Below, one piece after another: positions 10,456-20,500 of a stretch of 64,000 bases of DNA (position 1 is the stretch's first letter; each line of letters starts with the position of its first letter). Origin of the DNA: Myxococcota bacterium (GTDB lineage: Bacteria > Myxococcota_A > UBA9160 > UBA6930); contig OZ245015.1 in the NCBI GenBank assembly GCA_965223705.1, positions 832,001 through 896,000 on the forward strand. The letters are read 5' to 3'. The notes beneath the pieces were generated by a model. The model was not told the origin of the DNA. It worked only from the letters and a program-made list of their open reading frames with translations, and ran no database searches. A program made the translations under genes and the position numbers.

Positions 10456-12618
10456 TTGACCGATGACTGCACGCGAACTCTTTCGGAGTTCGCTTCGAAA
10501 GAGCTCGTTCGGAGCTTCGGCGTCTTGACGGCTCGGGAATCGCTCGTCGCGACCGCGGCGGAAGCGGTTGCCGCCGCCGCGAAAATCGGCGGGCCGGTCG
10601 CGCTCAAGTTGTGTGGCGACGAGATCGCCCACAAGACCGAGCGCGACCTCGTTCGTCTCGACGTGGTCGGCAGCATCGACGTCGAGCGCGTTTCCGAAGA
10701 GCTACTCGCGAAAGCCACGCCCGATGACGGGGACGTCGGCATTTTGGTCGCGGAGATGGTGGGGGGGCGGCGCGAGCTCATCGCGGGCCTGGTGCGCGAC
10801 CCGAACTTCGGTCCCTGCGTCATGCTCGGGCTCGGCGGCGTTCTCACCGAGGCGCTCGGCGATGTGGTTTTCGCGCGCGTCCCGTTGGCGCCGGGTCGCG
10901 CGCACCGGCTCGTCGAGGAGCTCGATTCCGCGAGACTCGTAACGGAAGCCTTCCGAGGAGAACCCCCGATCGATCGCGGTGCCCTCGCGGACGTTCTCGT
11001 CGGATTGTCGCGTCTGGCGGAATCTCGCCCGGACGTCGTGTCCGTGGATCTCAATCCCTTGGTGGTTTCGGGCGGTCGGCCCATCGCGGTGGACGCGTTG
11101 GTCGAGCTCGGCGAGCCGGCTGGGGTAAGCGCGCCGCGGGCGCGGCGCAGCGACCGCGAAGTCCTCGCGCGCCTCGATCCCCTCTTCAAGCCCGAAGGCA
11201 TCGTCGTCGCTGGGGTTTCTTCACACCCGGGAAAATTCGGCTTCGTCGCCTACCACAACTTGCGGCGCTTCGGTTATCTCGGAGCCCTGTTTCCCGTCAA
11301 TCGAGACGGTGCTTCGGTACTGGGCGCCGAAACGCTGCGCGACATCTCGGACGTACCCGAGGGCGCGGCGGACTTGATCTTTGTCTGCACTCCCTATTCG
11401 TCCAACATCGAACTGCTTCGGGGGGCCGCGGCCCGGGGCGTTCGGGCCGCGTTCATCGCGAGCGGCGGCTATGCGGAGACCGGTGAGGAAGGCCGCGCGC
11501 TCCAGGAAGAGCTCGTTCGTACGGCGGAAGAGCTCGGTATGGTCGTCGCGGGTCCAAACGGGCAGGGTGTCATCTCGACGCCGCGTTCGATGTGCGCGCA
11601 GATCGTCGCGCCCTTTCCGCCGCCCGGTCATATCTCGGTCGCCAGCCAGAGCGGCAACCTCGTCTCGAGCTATCTGAACTACGCGTGCCTGACCGGCGTC
11701 GGTGTTTCCAAAGCCGTCGCTGCCGGAAACTCGGCGCAGCTCACCTTGGCGGACTACATGGAGTACTTCGCCGCGGACCCCGATACCCAGGTCGGGTTGA
11801 CTTACCTCGAGGGGGTGGGCGACGGCGATCGTTTCTACGAAGCGGCGGAACGGCTGACCGAGAAGAAGCCGCTCGTGCTCGTGAAAGGCGGCGCGGAAGC
11901 GGCCGGGGCGCGCGCCGCCGCCAGTCACACGGGTTCTCTGGCCAGCGACGATCGCGTGTTTTCGGGTGTGTGCCGCCAACTGGGGATCACTCGCGCGGAG
12001 ACCGTCGAACACGCGTACGAGTACGCGGCGACCTTCGCGACCCAACCGCTTCCGAACGGTCGCAACACGATCGTTTTTACGACTGCAGGCGGATGGGGTG
12101 TGCTCGCTGCAGATGCCTGCGCCAAAGCCGGACTGGTGCAGATCGAGCTGCCCGAAGACTTACGGCGTGACATCGATCAGCTGGTTCCACCGCGCTGGAG
12201 CCGCGCGAACCCCATCGATCTCGCCGGCGGTGAAACACGCGACACCATTCCGGAAGTCATGGAACTCGTCTGTGCCCATCCAGACGTCCATGCGGTGATC
12301 TACCTCGGGATCGGAATCCAGTCCGCTCAAGCCCACGCGTTCTCCTCGGGACCGTTTCACCCGGGCTACGGGCTCGATCGCATCGCCGATTTTCATCGGC
12401 GTCAGGATCGCCGCTACGCGGAAGCCGCCCACGAGGCTTCTTCGAAGTATCAGAAGCCCGTGCTGACCGCGAGCGAGCTCGTTTACGCGGACCGTGGCTA
12501 CGGGAACCCGGGGCCCCAGGGCGTCCGCGAAACGGGTCGGCTGTGCTACCCGAGCGCCCATCGCGCGATCGATTGCCTGCGCGTCTTGTGCGAGTACGCT
12601 GAGTTTCGGGAGCGCTAG
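10456..12618 (+). CDS. ADP-forming acyl-CoA synthetase (acetate--CoA ligase family), ATP-grasp N-terminal to the CoA-binding/ligase domains
   Basis: HKTE..V, DPNFGP, DLNP (ATP-grasp), then GPNGQG, SQSG, ASHTGSLA (phospho-His) and NPIDL. Confidence 0.9.
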   Translation: MTDDCTRTLSEFASKELVRSFGVLTARESLVATAAEAVAAAAKIGGPVALKLCGDEIAHKTERDLVRLDVVGSIDVERVSEELLAKATPDDGDVGILVAEMVGGRRELIAGLVRDPNFGPCVMLGLGGVLTEALGDVVFARVPLAPGRAHRLVEELDSARLVTEAFRGEPPIDRGALADVLVGLSRLAESRPDVVSVDLNPLVVSGGRPIAVDALVELGEPAGVSAPRARRSDREVLARLDPLFKPEGIVVAGVSSHPGKFGFVAYHNLRRFGYLGALFPVNRDGASVLGAETLRDISDVPEGAADLIFVCTPYSSNIELLRGAAARGVRAAFIASGGYAETGEEGRALQEELVRTAEELGMVVAGPNGQGVISTPRSMCAQIVAPFPPPGHISVASQSGNLVSSYLNYACLTGVGVSKAVAAGNSAQLTLADYMEYFAADPDTQVGLTYLEGVGDGDRFYEAAERLTEKKPLVLVKGGAEAAGARAAASHTGSLASDDRVFSGVCRQLGITRAETVEHAYEYAATFATQPLPNGRNTIVFTTAGGWGVLAADACAKAGLVQIELPEDLRRDIDQLVPPRWSRANPIDLAGGETRDTIPEVMELVCAHPDVHAVIYLGIGIQSAQAHAFSSGPFHPGYGLDRIADFHRRQDRRYAEAAHEASSKYQKPVLTASELVYADRGYGNPGPQGVRETGRLCYPSAHRAIDCLRVLCEYAEFRER

Positions 12619-13424
12619 CCCAAGATCGCTCGGTCGAGATCCACGCCCACGGGGCAGTGATCGGAGCCCATGACCTCGGGCGTGATGAACGCGCGTCGCA
12701 CGAACTTCATCGCGGCCGGCGATGCGAGGACGTAGTCGATCCGCCAACCGATATTTTTCGCGCGAACGCCGGCGCGCTGACTCCACCAGCTGTAGTGACC
12801 TTCGCCCGGCTCGAAGTGCCGAAACGTGTCCACCCACCCCGCATCGAGCCAGCGCGTAAACTCGCGGCACTCCTTCGGCAGGAAACCGCTGATCTCGCGG
12901 TTCTGTTTCGGTCGAGCGAGATCGATCTCGGTGTGGGCGGTGTTGAAATCGCCCATCACCAAGACGCGTAGCCCGCTTCTTCGGAGCGCTTCGAGCCGTT
13001 CGAAGAGTTTCTTGTAGAACGCGAGCTTGAACGGGACGCGGCTGTTGTCGCGGTCTTTGCCTTTGCCGTTCGGGAAGTACACGTTCGCCACCGCGAGCCG
13101 GCCGAAACGGGCGATCTGGACGCGGCCCTCCGCGTCGAAGCGCTTCACGCCGAGTTCGGTTTCGACGCGATCCGGTGTCATACGCGAGTAGAGACCGACG
13201 CCGCTGTAACCCTTCCGGACCGCCGAGGCGAAATGCACGTCCCAACCGCTCGAATCGGTGAGCTCGGTCGGAAGCTGTTCACGTTCCGCACGAACTTCCT
13301 GCACGCCGACGATCGTGCCACCACTCGCGTCGAGCCACTTGTTGAAGCCTTTCTTCGCGCAGGCCCGGAGACCGTTTACGTTCCACGAGAGGACGCGCAC
13401 ATCGTTGTCGTTTTGCTTAGGCAT
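12615..13424 (-). CDS. xth: Exodeoxyribonuclease III / AP endonuclease
   Basis: SWNVNGLRA, QE, GYSGV, GDFN, GWRIDY, GSDHCP. Confidence 0.95.
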   Translation of the reverse strand: MPKQNDNDVRVLSWNVNGLRACAKKGFNKWLDASGGTIVGVQEVRAEREQLPTELTDSSGWDVHFASAVRKGYSGVGLYSRMTPDRVETELGVKRFDAEGRVQIARFGRLAVANVYFPNGKGKDRDNSRVPFKLAFYKKLFERLEALRRSGLRVLVMGDFNTAHTEIDLARPKQNREISGFLPKECREFTRWLDAGWVDTFRHFEPGEGHYSWWSQRAGVRAKNIGWRIDYVLASPAAMKFVRRAFITPEVMGSDHCPVGVDLDRAILG

Positions 13425-15318
13425 CGCCGGTCAGGTACGTGTATTCGGACAGCCCCTCCGCGAAGTGCTGTCGCAGGAGTTTCGACTCGTCGAGCGTGAT
13501 GCGACCCTCGCGCAGGGCCCGCTCGCTGGCGCGCCGCACGCGCTCGATCATCGCGCGGCGATCGTACTGTACGTAAGCCAAAACGTCGGTGACCTCGTCG
13601 CCCTCGACCACGTGCTCGATGGAAATATCACCGCTCGCATCGAGGCGAACGTGAACCGCATCGGTGTCCCCGAACAAGTTGTGGAGATCGCCGAGAATTT
13701 CCTGGTATGCCCCGACGAGGAACATGCCGACAAAGTAAGGCTCGCCGTTCCAGGAGTGCAGCTCGAGTACGTCTTTGACGTCTCGCTGATCGATGAACCG
13801 ATCGATCTTTCCGTCGCTGTCACAGGTCAGGTCGGCGAATACGCCGCGGCGGGTCGGTATCTCGTCGAGGCGGTGGATCGGGACCACGGGGAAGAGCTGC
13901 TTCACGGCCCAATGATCCGGCGCACTCTGGAACACGGAGAGATTGCCAAAGTAGGTGTCCGCCAGTCCGCGTTCCAAATCGAGGAGCTCTTCGGGAATTT
14001 GTGGGAGCTCGCTCGCGGTCCGTTGGATCTTTTTCGCACAGGCAAAGAAAAGCCGCTCGACGCGTGCGCGGTCTGTCAGCGACAACTGGCCCAGCGAGAA
14101 GAGGGTGATTCCATCCTCCCGGAGTTGCATCGCGTCGTGATACGCCTCGAGCACGTTCTTGCGAGTGATCGTATTCCAAACTTCCCCGAGATCGACTAGG
14201 ACTTTCGGATCGTCTTCGGCGACGGTCTCCTCGTTGGGTTCCGATCCCAGCTCGTTCACACCCAGTACATCGAAAATCAGCACGGAGTGGTGCGCCACCA
14301 TCCAGCGGCCGGCTTCGGTGACGATGTCCGGGTGCGGACACTCGCGCTCATCGCAGGCCGCTTGGATCTCGGCGACCACGTCGTTGGTGTACTCCTGCAC
14401 CGAGTAGTTCTTCGACGAGGGAAAGTTGGTCTGCGAGCCGTCGTAGTCCACGGCCAGACCGCCGCCAACGTCGATGATCGAAGGCGCGGCCCCCAGCTCG
14501 TGGAGCCCGACGAAAACCCGGCTGGCTTCACGGAGCGCGTCTTTGTGCGCGCGGATAGCGGTGATTTGAGAGCCGATGTGAAAGTGAAGAAGTTCGAGGC
14601 AGTCGAGCAGGTCTTGGCTGCGAAGGAGCGAAACCGTGCGCACGATTTCGTCCGCGGTCAGCCCGAACTTCGAGCGCGCGCCGGTCGAGGCTTCCCAGCG
14701 CCCGGCGCCCCGGGCGGAGAGCCGGGCCCGGATACCCAGGTGCGGCCTGATCCCGAGCTCCGCCGCGCACTTCACGACCAGTTCCACTTCGGGAAAACGA
14801 TCGATCACGATGATGGGGTGACGCCCGAGGCGTTGTGCCAGCAGCGCCGTTTCGATGTATGCGCGGTCCTTGTAGCCGTTGCAGACGATCAGCGCGTCTT
14901 CGGTGTCGAGTTCCGCCAGCGCGATCAAGAGCTCGGGTTTGCTGCCGGCTTCGAGTCCCATCCCGAGGCGCGAACCGATCGAGACGATTTCTTCGACCAC
15001 GTGGCGTTGCTGATTGACTTTGATGGGATACACACCGCGAAACCGGCCCCGGTATTCGTATTCTTCGATCGCTCCCTGGAACGACGCGACCAGGTGTTCC
15101 ATCCGGCGCGCGAGAATCTCCGGGAACCGGAGGAGGAGTGGCGTGCGAAGCCCCCGTCGCTTCAGATCGTCGACGAGCGACAGAAGGTCGACGCGAGCTG
15201 TGCCGTTTCCGTCGGGGCGCACTTCCAAGTGGCCCGTCTCGTTGATCCCGAAGAAACCTTGTCCCCAATTGGGGATGCCGTACAGCTCCGAGTTGTCGCG
15301 GATGATGCGTCGGTTCAT
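13417..15318 (-). CDS. speA: Biosynthetic arginine decarboxylase
   Basis: VYPIKVNQQ, GLEAGSKPEL, HFHIGSQI, DLTCDSDG, GAYQEILGDLHNLFGD. Confidence 0.96.
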   Translation of the reverse strand: MNRRIIRDNSELYGIPNWGQGFFGINETGHLEVRPDGNGTARVDLLSLVDDLKRRGLRTPLLLRFPEILARRMEHLVASFQGAIEEYEYRGRFRGVYPIKVNQQRHVVEEIVSIGSRLGMGLEAGSKPELLIALAELDTEDALIVCNGYKDRAYIETALLAQRLGRHPIIVIDRFPEVELVVKCAAELGIRPHLGIRARLSARGAGRWEASTGARSKFGLTADEIVRTVSLLRSQDLLDCLELLHFHIGSQITAIRAHKDALREASRVFVGLHELGAAPSIIDVGGGLAVDYDGSQTNFPSSKNYSVQEYTNDVVAEIQAACDERECPHPDIVTEAGRWMVAHHSVLIFDVLGVNELGSEPNEETVAEDDPKVLVDLGEVWNTITRKNVLEAYHDAMQLREDGITLFSLGQLSLTDRARVERLFFACAKKIQRTASELPQIPEELLDLERGLADTYFGNLSVFQSAPDHWAVKQLFPVVPIHRLDEIPTRRGVFADLTCDSDGKIDRFIDQRDVKDVLELHSWNGEPYFVGMFLVGAYQEILGDLHNLFGDTDAVHVRLDASGDISIEHVVEGDEVTDVLAYVQYDRRAMIERVRRASERALREGRITLDESKLLRQHFAEGLSEYTYLTGDA

Positions 15319-16610
15319 CGCAGGTTCTCGTGGCCCGGCAGGGCGACGTCTCGCTCCTCGCGAGACGCGAGATCTCGGGCTCGGGCAACGCCGCGCGCGA
15401 GCTCTTCTTCACCGACGACATAGAGTGTTCGCGCACCGGCGCGGTCCGCTTCCTGGAGGGCTTTCTTCACCCGCATCGGAGCGAGTGCGAGCTCGATCGA
15501 TTGTCCGTCCGCACGGAGCGCTCGCGCCAGCGACGCAGCCGCGCGTTGCTCCGGGGCGCCGAGCGCCAGGACGAATCCGTCGACGTGGTGGCGAAGTTCG
15601 GGCAGCAGATTCCGATCGCGGAGAAGTTCCGTGATCACCGCATCGCCGAAACCAAAACCTGCGGCGGGGAGCGATTTTCCACCGAGTGTTTCCAAGAGGC
15701 GGTCGTAGCGACCGCCTCCCGCAATCGCGCGCAGCGAACCCGTCGAATCGAACGCTTCGAAGACAACGCCCGTGTAGTAAGCCAAACCGCGCACCACGGA
15801 CGCGTCGAACTCGACGCGGTCGACAATCCCGTAGGCATCGAGAAGCTCGAACAATTCGCGGAGCGCCGCGAAACCCGCAGAGTGTTCCGCGACCGCAGCC
15901 GCCGCGTCGTCGAGTGAACGGACCGAAAGCATCGCAACACAATCCTGTGCCGCGGATCGCGAGATCCCGACCGGACCCGCGGAATCGCACAGTTGATCGA
16001 CGACGGCGTCGCTCCCGATTTTGTCGATCTTGTCGATGATGACGCACAGTGGCGCGAACGCTTCGGGCCGCTCCGCCAGAACGCCTCTTCGGAGGGACTC
16101 TTCAAGGACGGCGCGACTGTTCAAGCGCATCCGGACCGCGTCAGCCGGCAGACCCATGGCGTCGAGGGCGCTGAAGAGCGCGGAGATCAGTTCTGCTTCG
16201 GCCGAGGGTCCGGCCTCGCCCCAGATGTCGCAGTTCCACTGGTAGTGTTCTCGCCGTCGGCCGCGGGTCATTCGTTCGTAGCGCCAACACTGTGGGATGC
16301 TGAACCAACGAAGAGGCAGGCGGGCGCTTCCGGCGCGCCGTTGCACCATTCGCGCGAGCGACGGCGTGAACTCCGGGCGCAGGGCGAGGTGTCGATCGTG
16401 CAGCTCGAAGTGGTACAGCTGGTCGACGATCTCTTCGCCGGCCTTGCGGATGAAGAGATCCGCGTGCTCGACCATGGGGGCATCGACTTCTTCGAAGCCG
16501 AACCGGCGCGACACTTCTCGAAAATGGCCGAAGAGCCAGTTGCGTTGCCGCATATCTTCGGGGAAGAAATCGCGCGTGCCTCGAGGCGGATTCGTGTCGG
16601 TCTTCGCCAT
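15315..16610 (-). CDS. hisS: Histidine--tRNA ligase
   Basis: PRGTRDF, LRPEFT, RYER..GRRREHYQ, VRGLAYYTG, GGGRYD, anticodon-binding C-terminus. Confidence 0.95.
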   Translation of the reverse strand: MAKTDTNPPRGTRDFFPEDMRQRNWLFGHFREVSRRFGFEEVDAPMVEHADLFIRKAGEEIVDQLYHFELHDRHLALRPEFTPSLARMVQRRAGSARLPLRWFSIPQCWRYERMTRGRRREHYQWNCDIWGEAGPSAEAELISALFSALDAMGLPADAVRMRLNSRAVLEESLRRGVLAERPEAFAPLCVIIDKIDKIGSDAVVDQLCDSAGPVGISRSAAQDCVAMLSVRSLDDAAAAVAEHSAGFAALRELFELLDAYGIVDRVEFDASVVRGLAYYTGVVFEAFDSTGSLRAIAGGGRYDRLLETLGGKSLPAAGFGFGDAVITELLRDRNLLPELRHHVDGFVLALGAPEQRAAASLARALRADGQSIELALAPMRVKKALQEADRAGARTLYVVGEEELARGVARARDLASREERDVALPGHENLR

Positions 16611-16619
16611 GACGGTGGC

Positions 16620-17399
16620 CTAGCCGGACGCGATCGCTAGGAGGGCGCGATTCGCGACCTCGATACAAGCGTCCATATTGCGGTCGAGCTCGATCGCCGA
16701 GGGGCCGGGCCACGGCGTAAGGTCCGACACGACACAGATGCATCCCGCGCGAACGCCGAAGAGGGCGGCCAGCGTGAGCAGGGTGCCCGCCTCCATCTCG
16801 CAATTCGTCACGCGCGCGGCTTGCATCGCTTCGAGCTTCTCCCGATGGGCGGCCGTCCAGTAGCCCCCGACGCTCATCGACGAGAGCTGATCGCCCTCGC
16901 CCTTCACGGCGTTGCGGATGTAGAACGCATCGAGGGACCAGGTGATGCCGGCCCGGCAGGGCACGTCGACGCCCGCACTCGCATCCATCAGAGCGGAGAC
17001 CAAGCGGTAGTCTGCAACGGCGGGGTAGGAGGGGTCGACGTAGCTCTTCGACGTTCCGTCATCCCGTACACAGCCCGTCGTGACGACTAGGTCGCCGATC
17101 GCGACGTCCGCTGCGAGTCCGCCGCTGTTGCCAATACGCAACAAATCGCGGACGCCGAGTTTGACCAACTCTTCTACAAGGATGGCGGTCGAGGGCGCGC
17201 CAATTCCGGTCGAAGCCGCCGCCACCGGCACGCCGTCTCGTTCGCCCCGAATCACGCGGTATTCCCGCACGGAAACGAGCTCCTCGACCCCGCTCCAGCT
17301 CTCGGCGATGCGTGGAACCCGGGCGGGGTCCCCGCACAGGAAAACCCGGGGCGGAACTTGCCCGGGGCGTAGGCCGGTGATGGGTTGGGCGTCGCTCAT
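16620..17399 (-). CDS. Nucleoside phosphorylase (uridine phosphorylase-like, PNP/UDP family)
   Basis: GDPARV, REY, STGIGAPS, RIG, EME. Confidence 0.88.
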   Translation of the reverse strand: MSDAQPITGLRPGQVPPRVFLCGDPARVPRIAESWSGVEELVSVREYRVIRGERDGVPVAAASTGIGAPSTAILVEELVKLGVRDLLRIGNSGGLAADVAIGDLVVTTGCVRDDGTSKSYVDPSYPAVADYRLVSALMDASAGVDVPCRAGITWSLDAFYIRNAVKGEGDQLSSMSVGGYWTAAHREKLEAMQAARVTNCEMEAGTLLTLAALFGVRAGCICVVSDLTPWPGPSAIELDRNMDACIEVANRALLAIASG

Positions 17400-17608
17400 T
17401 GGGGTGCGCTCATTGGTTGGGAGAAGACAGGAAACGCAGCGTTGCGGACGGGTTGGCGCGATGCAACTCCCCGAGAACGAGTTCTTTTCCCCTGGGGGAG
17501 AAGTCGCCTCGGCTCGTTGGCCGAGGGGCCAAACTTGTCACCGTGGCGAGAGGAGGCTAACCGTGGCCAGCCAGGGGGGCGGTCGACGCCGAGCCGACGA
17601 GAGGTCAT

Positions 17609-20440
17609 TTGTCCAAGGCATTGGTCATCACAGAGAAGCCGAGCGTGGCGCGGGACATCGCGGCTGCGCTCGGGGGCATGCGCGAAGAAGAGGGCTACTT
17701 CGAAGGTGACGACACCGTCGTGACCTTCGCGGTCGGGCACCTCTTCGAGCTTCTCGAGCCCCAGGAAGTCGACGAGCGGTTCAAGGCGTGGACGCTCGAC
17801 GTTCTCCCCATTCTCCCGGAGCGTTTCCAGGTCAAGAAGAAGAAGGGGCAAAGCGAGCGGATTCGCGTCATCAAGAAGCTGCTCGAGCGGGACGACGTCG
17901 ATCGGGTAATCAACGCCTGCGACGCCGGGAGAGAAGGCGAGCTCATCTTCCGCGAGATCGTCGAGTTCCTGGGCAACGAAAAGCCGACCTTCAGGCTCTG
18001 GCTCCAGTCGATGACGCGGGATTCGATCCGACGAGGCTTTACGGAGCTCCGACCCGGTGAGGAACTCACGGGGTTGGCCGACGCGGCGAAGTGTCGCGCT
18101 CATGCCGACTGGCTCATTGGGATGAATGCGACGAGGGCGCTGACGAAGCGCCTGAAGAGCCGGAAGGAGCGCACGGCCTGGTCGGCCGGGCGCGTTCAGA
18201 CTCCCACGCTCGCGCTCCTCGTCGAGCGAGAGCGCGAAGTGCTGGCTCACGTTCCGGTGCCGTTCCATCGCATCACCGCCGAATTCACCCATGATGACCA
18301 CCCTTACATGGGCACCTACTTCGATCCGGCGTTCAAAGCGAACGACGATGACAGTCGCCGCGACGATCGAATTTTCGACGAGGCGGAAGCACGCGCCATC
18401 GTCGACGCGGTGCGCGGGAGCGACGCCGTCGCCGAGGAAACCCGAAAACCCTCGCGTGAAGCGGCGCCACCTCTGTTCGATCTCACGAGTCTTCAGCGCG
18501 AGGGCAACCGGCGTTTCGGTTGGTCGGCGCGACGCGTTCTCGGCGCGGCCCAACGCTGCTATGAGGCCCACAAGCTGCTGACCTATCCGAGGACGGATTC
18601 CCGCTGTCTGCCGAACGACTACAGACAGACCGTCGACGAGCTTCTGCAAACCTTCGCCGGGTTCGGCGACGAACACGCGGACTATGCGGCCGGGGCGAAG
18701 CGGCTCCTCGAACAAGGGCTCGAGAACGACCAGCGCGTCTTCAACGACGCCGGCGTCTCCGATCACTTCGCCATCATTCCGACCGGAAACCCGCCCCCGG
18801 ATTCGCTTTCGGGCGACGACCGCCGCTTGTTCGACCTCGTAACGAGGCGTTTTCTCGCGACGTTTCACCCGCCGGCGCGCTGGGAACGGGTCGAGCGCGT
18901 GACACGCGCAGCCGGCCACGCGTTCCGGACGCGCGCGCGAGCGTTGAAGGAACCCGGGTGGCGCGCTTGCCTCGCGAAGTCAGAAGAAGACGAAGCGACG
19001 GTGCTCCCGCCGTTGCAGGTCGGTGCGGACAAGGCGGAGGATGTCTCCGTCACAAGTGGAGACGTCGAGCTCCACTCCGAGGAGACGCGACCGCCGGCCA
19101 GGCTTTCCGAAGCCCGCTTGCTCGGATTGATGGAAAACGCCGGTCGCACCGTCGAAGACGAAGAGATCGCCGAGGTAATGAAGAGCACGGGCCTCGGCAC
19201 GCCGGCCACCCGTGCGGAAATCATCGAAAATCTGATCACGAAAGGCTACGCGGTCCGCCAGGGGAAGTCGCTCCGGCCCTCGGTCAAGGGTATCCGGCTG
19301 ATCGACACCCTGGAACGCATTCAAATCGATCGGCTGGCCTCGGCTCGCCTCACGGGCGAGATCGAATCGCATCTTCGCGACGTCGAGAGAGGCGAGCGCG
19401 GGGCGGGCGATTTCATGCAGGAGATGGCCGACTACGCGTGCGCCATCGTCGACCGCGCGAAGACCTTCGAGTACGACGAGCTCTACGGTCACGAAGAGCC
19501 GATCGGTATCTGCCCGCACGGGGGCAAGCCCGTCGTCGAAGGCGCCTGGTTCTACAGCTGCGAGAAAGATCCGTCGCTCGCCCGCGAAGACAAAGCGAAT
19601 CCCGATTGCCCGCTGGATTCGTGCCCGATGCTCCTCTGGAAGGATTCCTTCGGGCGCTACCTCGATCGGGGTTCGGCGGCGGCGATCTTGCGCGACGGCA
19701 AGACCGGAGTGCTCGACGGGTTCACCGCGAGAAACGGTCGCACGTACAAAGGCGTCCTCGAGTTCGATGTCGACGAGGGAAAGCTCACGGTGACTTCCGA
19801 GGGCTGGAACGAGGATTCGGTCAGTGAAGTCGCCGAGTACGAAGTCAATTCCGAGCCGCTCGGCGCGTGTCCCATCGGTAAGGACTGCACGGTCTTCGAG
19901 ACGCCGACGCACTTCGTGTGCACCGAAAAGAAGCGCGAGGAAGACGAAAAAGCGGCCTACAAGGAAGCGCGTAAGCTCGCGAAAGAACGCGGTGAAAAAG
20001 CGCCGCCGAAACCCGAGAAGCCCGACCACGCAGGCTTTATCCTGCCCCGCACGGTGTGCAAGCGCGAGATCACACGAGATGAGGCCACGGTGTATCTCGA
20101 GACGGGTAAGACGGAATTGCTCGAGGACTTCACTTCACGGCTCGGGCGACCGTTCTCCGCGACGCTCTTCCTGAAAGACACGGGCCGACACGGTTTCGAG
20201 TTTCCGCCGCGGAAGGCGCGTGGCGCCACGGCGGACGCAGACCAAGCCGACACCACGAAGGCACGCGGTAAAAAGGCGACCGGAAAGAAAGCGACCGGTA
20301 AGAAGACCACGCGCAAGAAGACGACGCGCAAGAAGACCACACGAAAAAAGGCCGCTGCCAAGACCGCCACGCGCAAGAAGACCACGCGTAAGAAGGCCGC
20401 TGCCAAGAAAACCGCGTCGACCGACGACGACGCCGAATAG
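17609..20440 (+). CDS. topB: Type IA DNA topoisomerase III with C-terminal repeats and a Lys-rich tail
   Basis: EKPSVA, NACDAGREGELIF, GRVQTPTL, LTYPRTDS (catalytic Tyr), GLGTPATRA. TTG start with GAGG SD. Confidence 0.92.
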   Translation: MSKALVITEKPSVARDIAAALGGMREEEGYFEGDDTVVTFAVGHLFELLEPQEVDERFKAWTLDVLPILPERFQVKKKKGQSERIRVIKKLLERDDVDRVINACDAGREGELIFREIVEFLGNEKPTFRLWLQSMTRDSIRRGFTELRPGEELTGLADAAKCRAHADWLIGMNATRALTKRLKSRKERTAWSAGRVQTPTLALLVEREREVLAHVPVPFHRITAEFTHDDHPYMGTYFDPAFKANDDDSRRDDRIFDEAEARAIVDAVRGSDAVAEETRKPSREAAPPLFDLTSLQREGNRRFGWSARRVLGAAQRCYEAHKLLTYPRTDSRCLPNDYRQTVDELLQTFAGFGDEHADYAAGAKRLLEQGLENDQRVFNDAGVSDHFAIIPTGNPPPDSLSGDDRRLFDLVTRRFLATFHPPARWERVERVTRAAGHAFRTRARALKEPGWRACLAKSEEDEATVLPPLQVGADKAEDVSVTSGDVELHSEETRPPARLSEARLLGLMENAGRTVEDEEIAEVMKSTGLGTPATRAEIIENLITKGYAVRQGKSLRPSVKGIRLIDTLERIQIDRLASARLTGEIESHLRDVERGERGAGDFMQEMADYACAIVDRAKTFEYDELYGHEEPIGICPHGGKPVVEGAWFYSCEKDPSLAREDKANPDCPLDSCPMLLWKDSFGRYLDRGSAAAILRDGKTGVLDGFTARNGRTYKGVLEFDVDEGKLTVTSEGWNEDSVSEVAEYEVNSEPLGACPIGKDCTVFETPTHFVCTEKKREEDEKAAYKEARKLAKERGEKAPPKPEKPDHAGFILPRTVCKREITRDEATVYLETGKTELLEDFTSRLGRPFSATLFLKDTGRHGFEFPPRKARGATADADQADTTKARGKKATGKKATGKKTTRKKTTRKKTTRKKAAAKTATRKKTTRKKAAAKKTASTDDDAE
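20270..20419 (+). repeat. Ten degenerate 15-bp units encoding KKxxx pentapeptides (KKATG x2, KKTTR x3, KKAAA, KTATR, KKTTR, KKAAA, KKTAS)
   Basis: Read directly in frame at the 3' end of topB. Confidence 0.9.
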
Positions 20441-20500
20441 TCCACACGTAAAGCAGCAGCACGCCCCGAGCTTCCCTACCCTTGGTCGAGAAGGGAGGCT

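Noticed and set aside
10456..12618. Beta-before-alpha domain order of the acyl-CoA ligase as a novelty
   Set aside because: Domain shuffling is well known in the NDP-forming acyl-CoA synthetase superfamily.
20270..20419. Periodic repeat as a CRISPR array or mobile-element end
   Set aside because: In-frame coding repeat with synonymous variation, no spacers and no cas or transposase genes.
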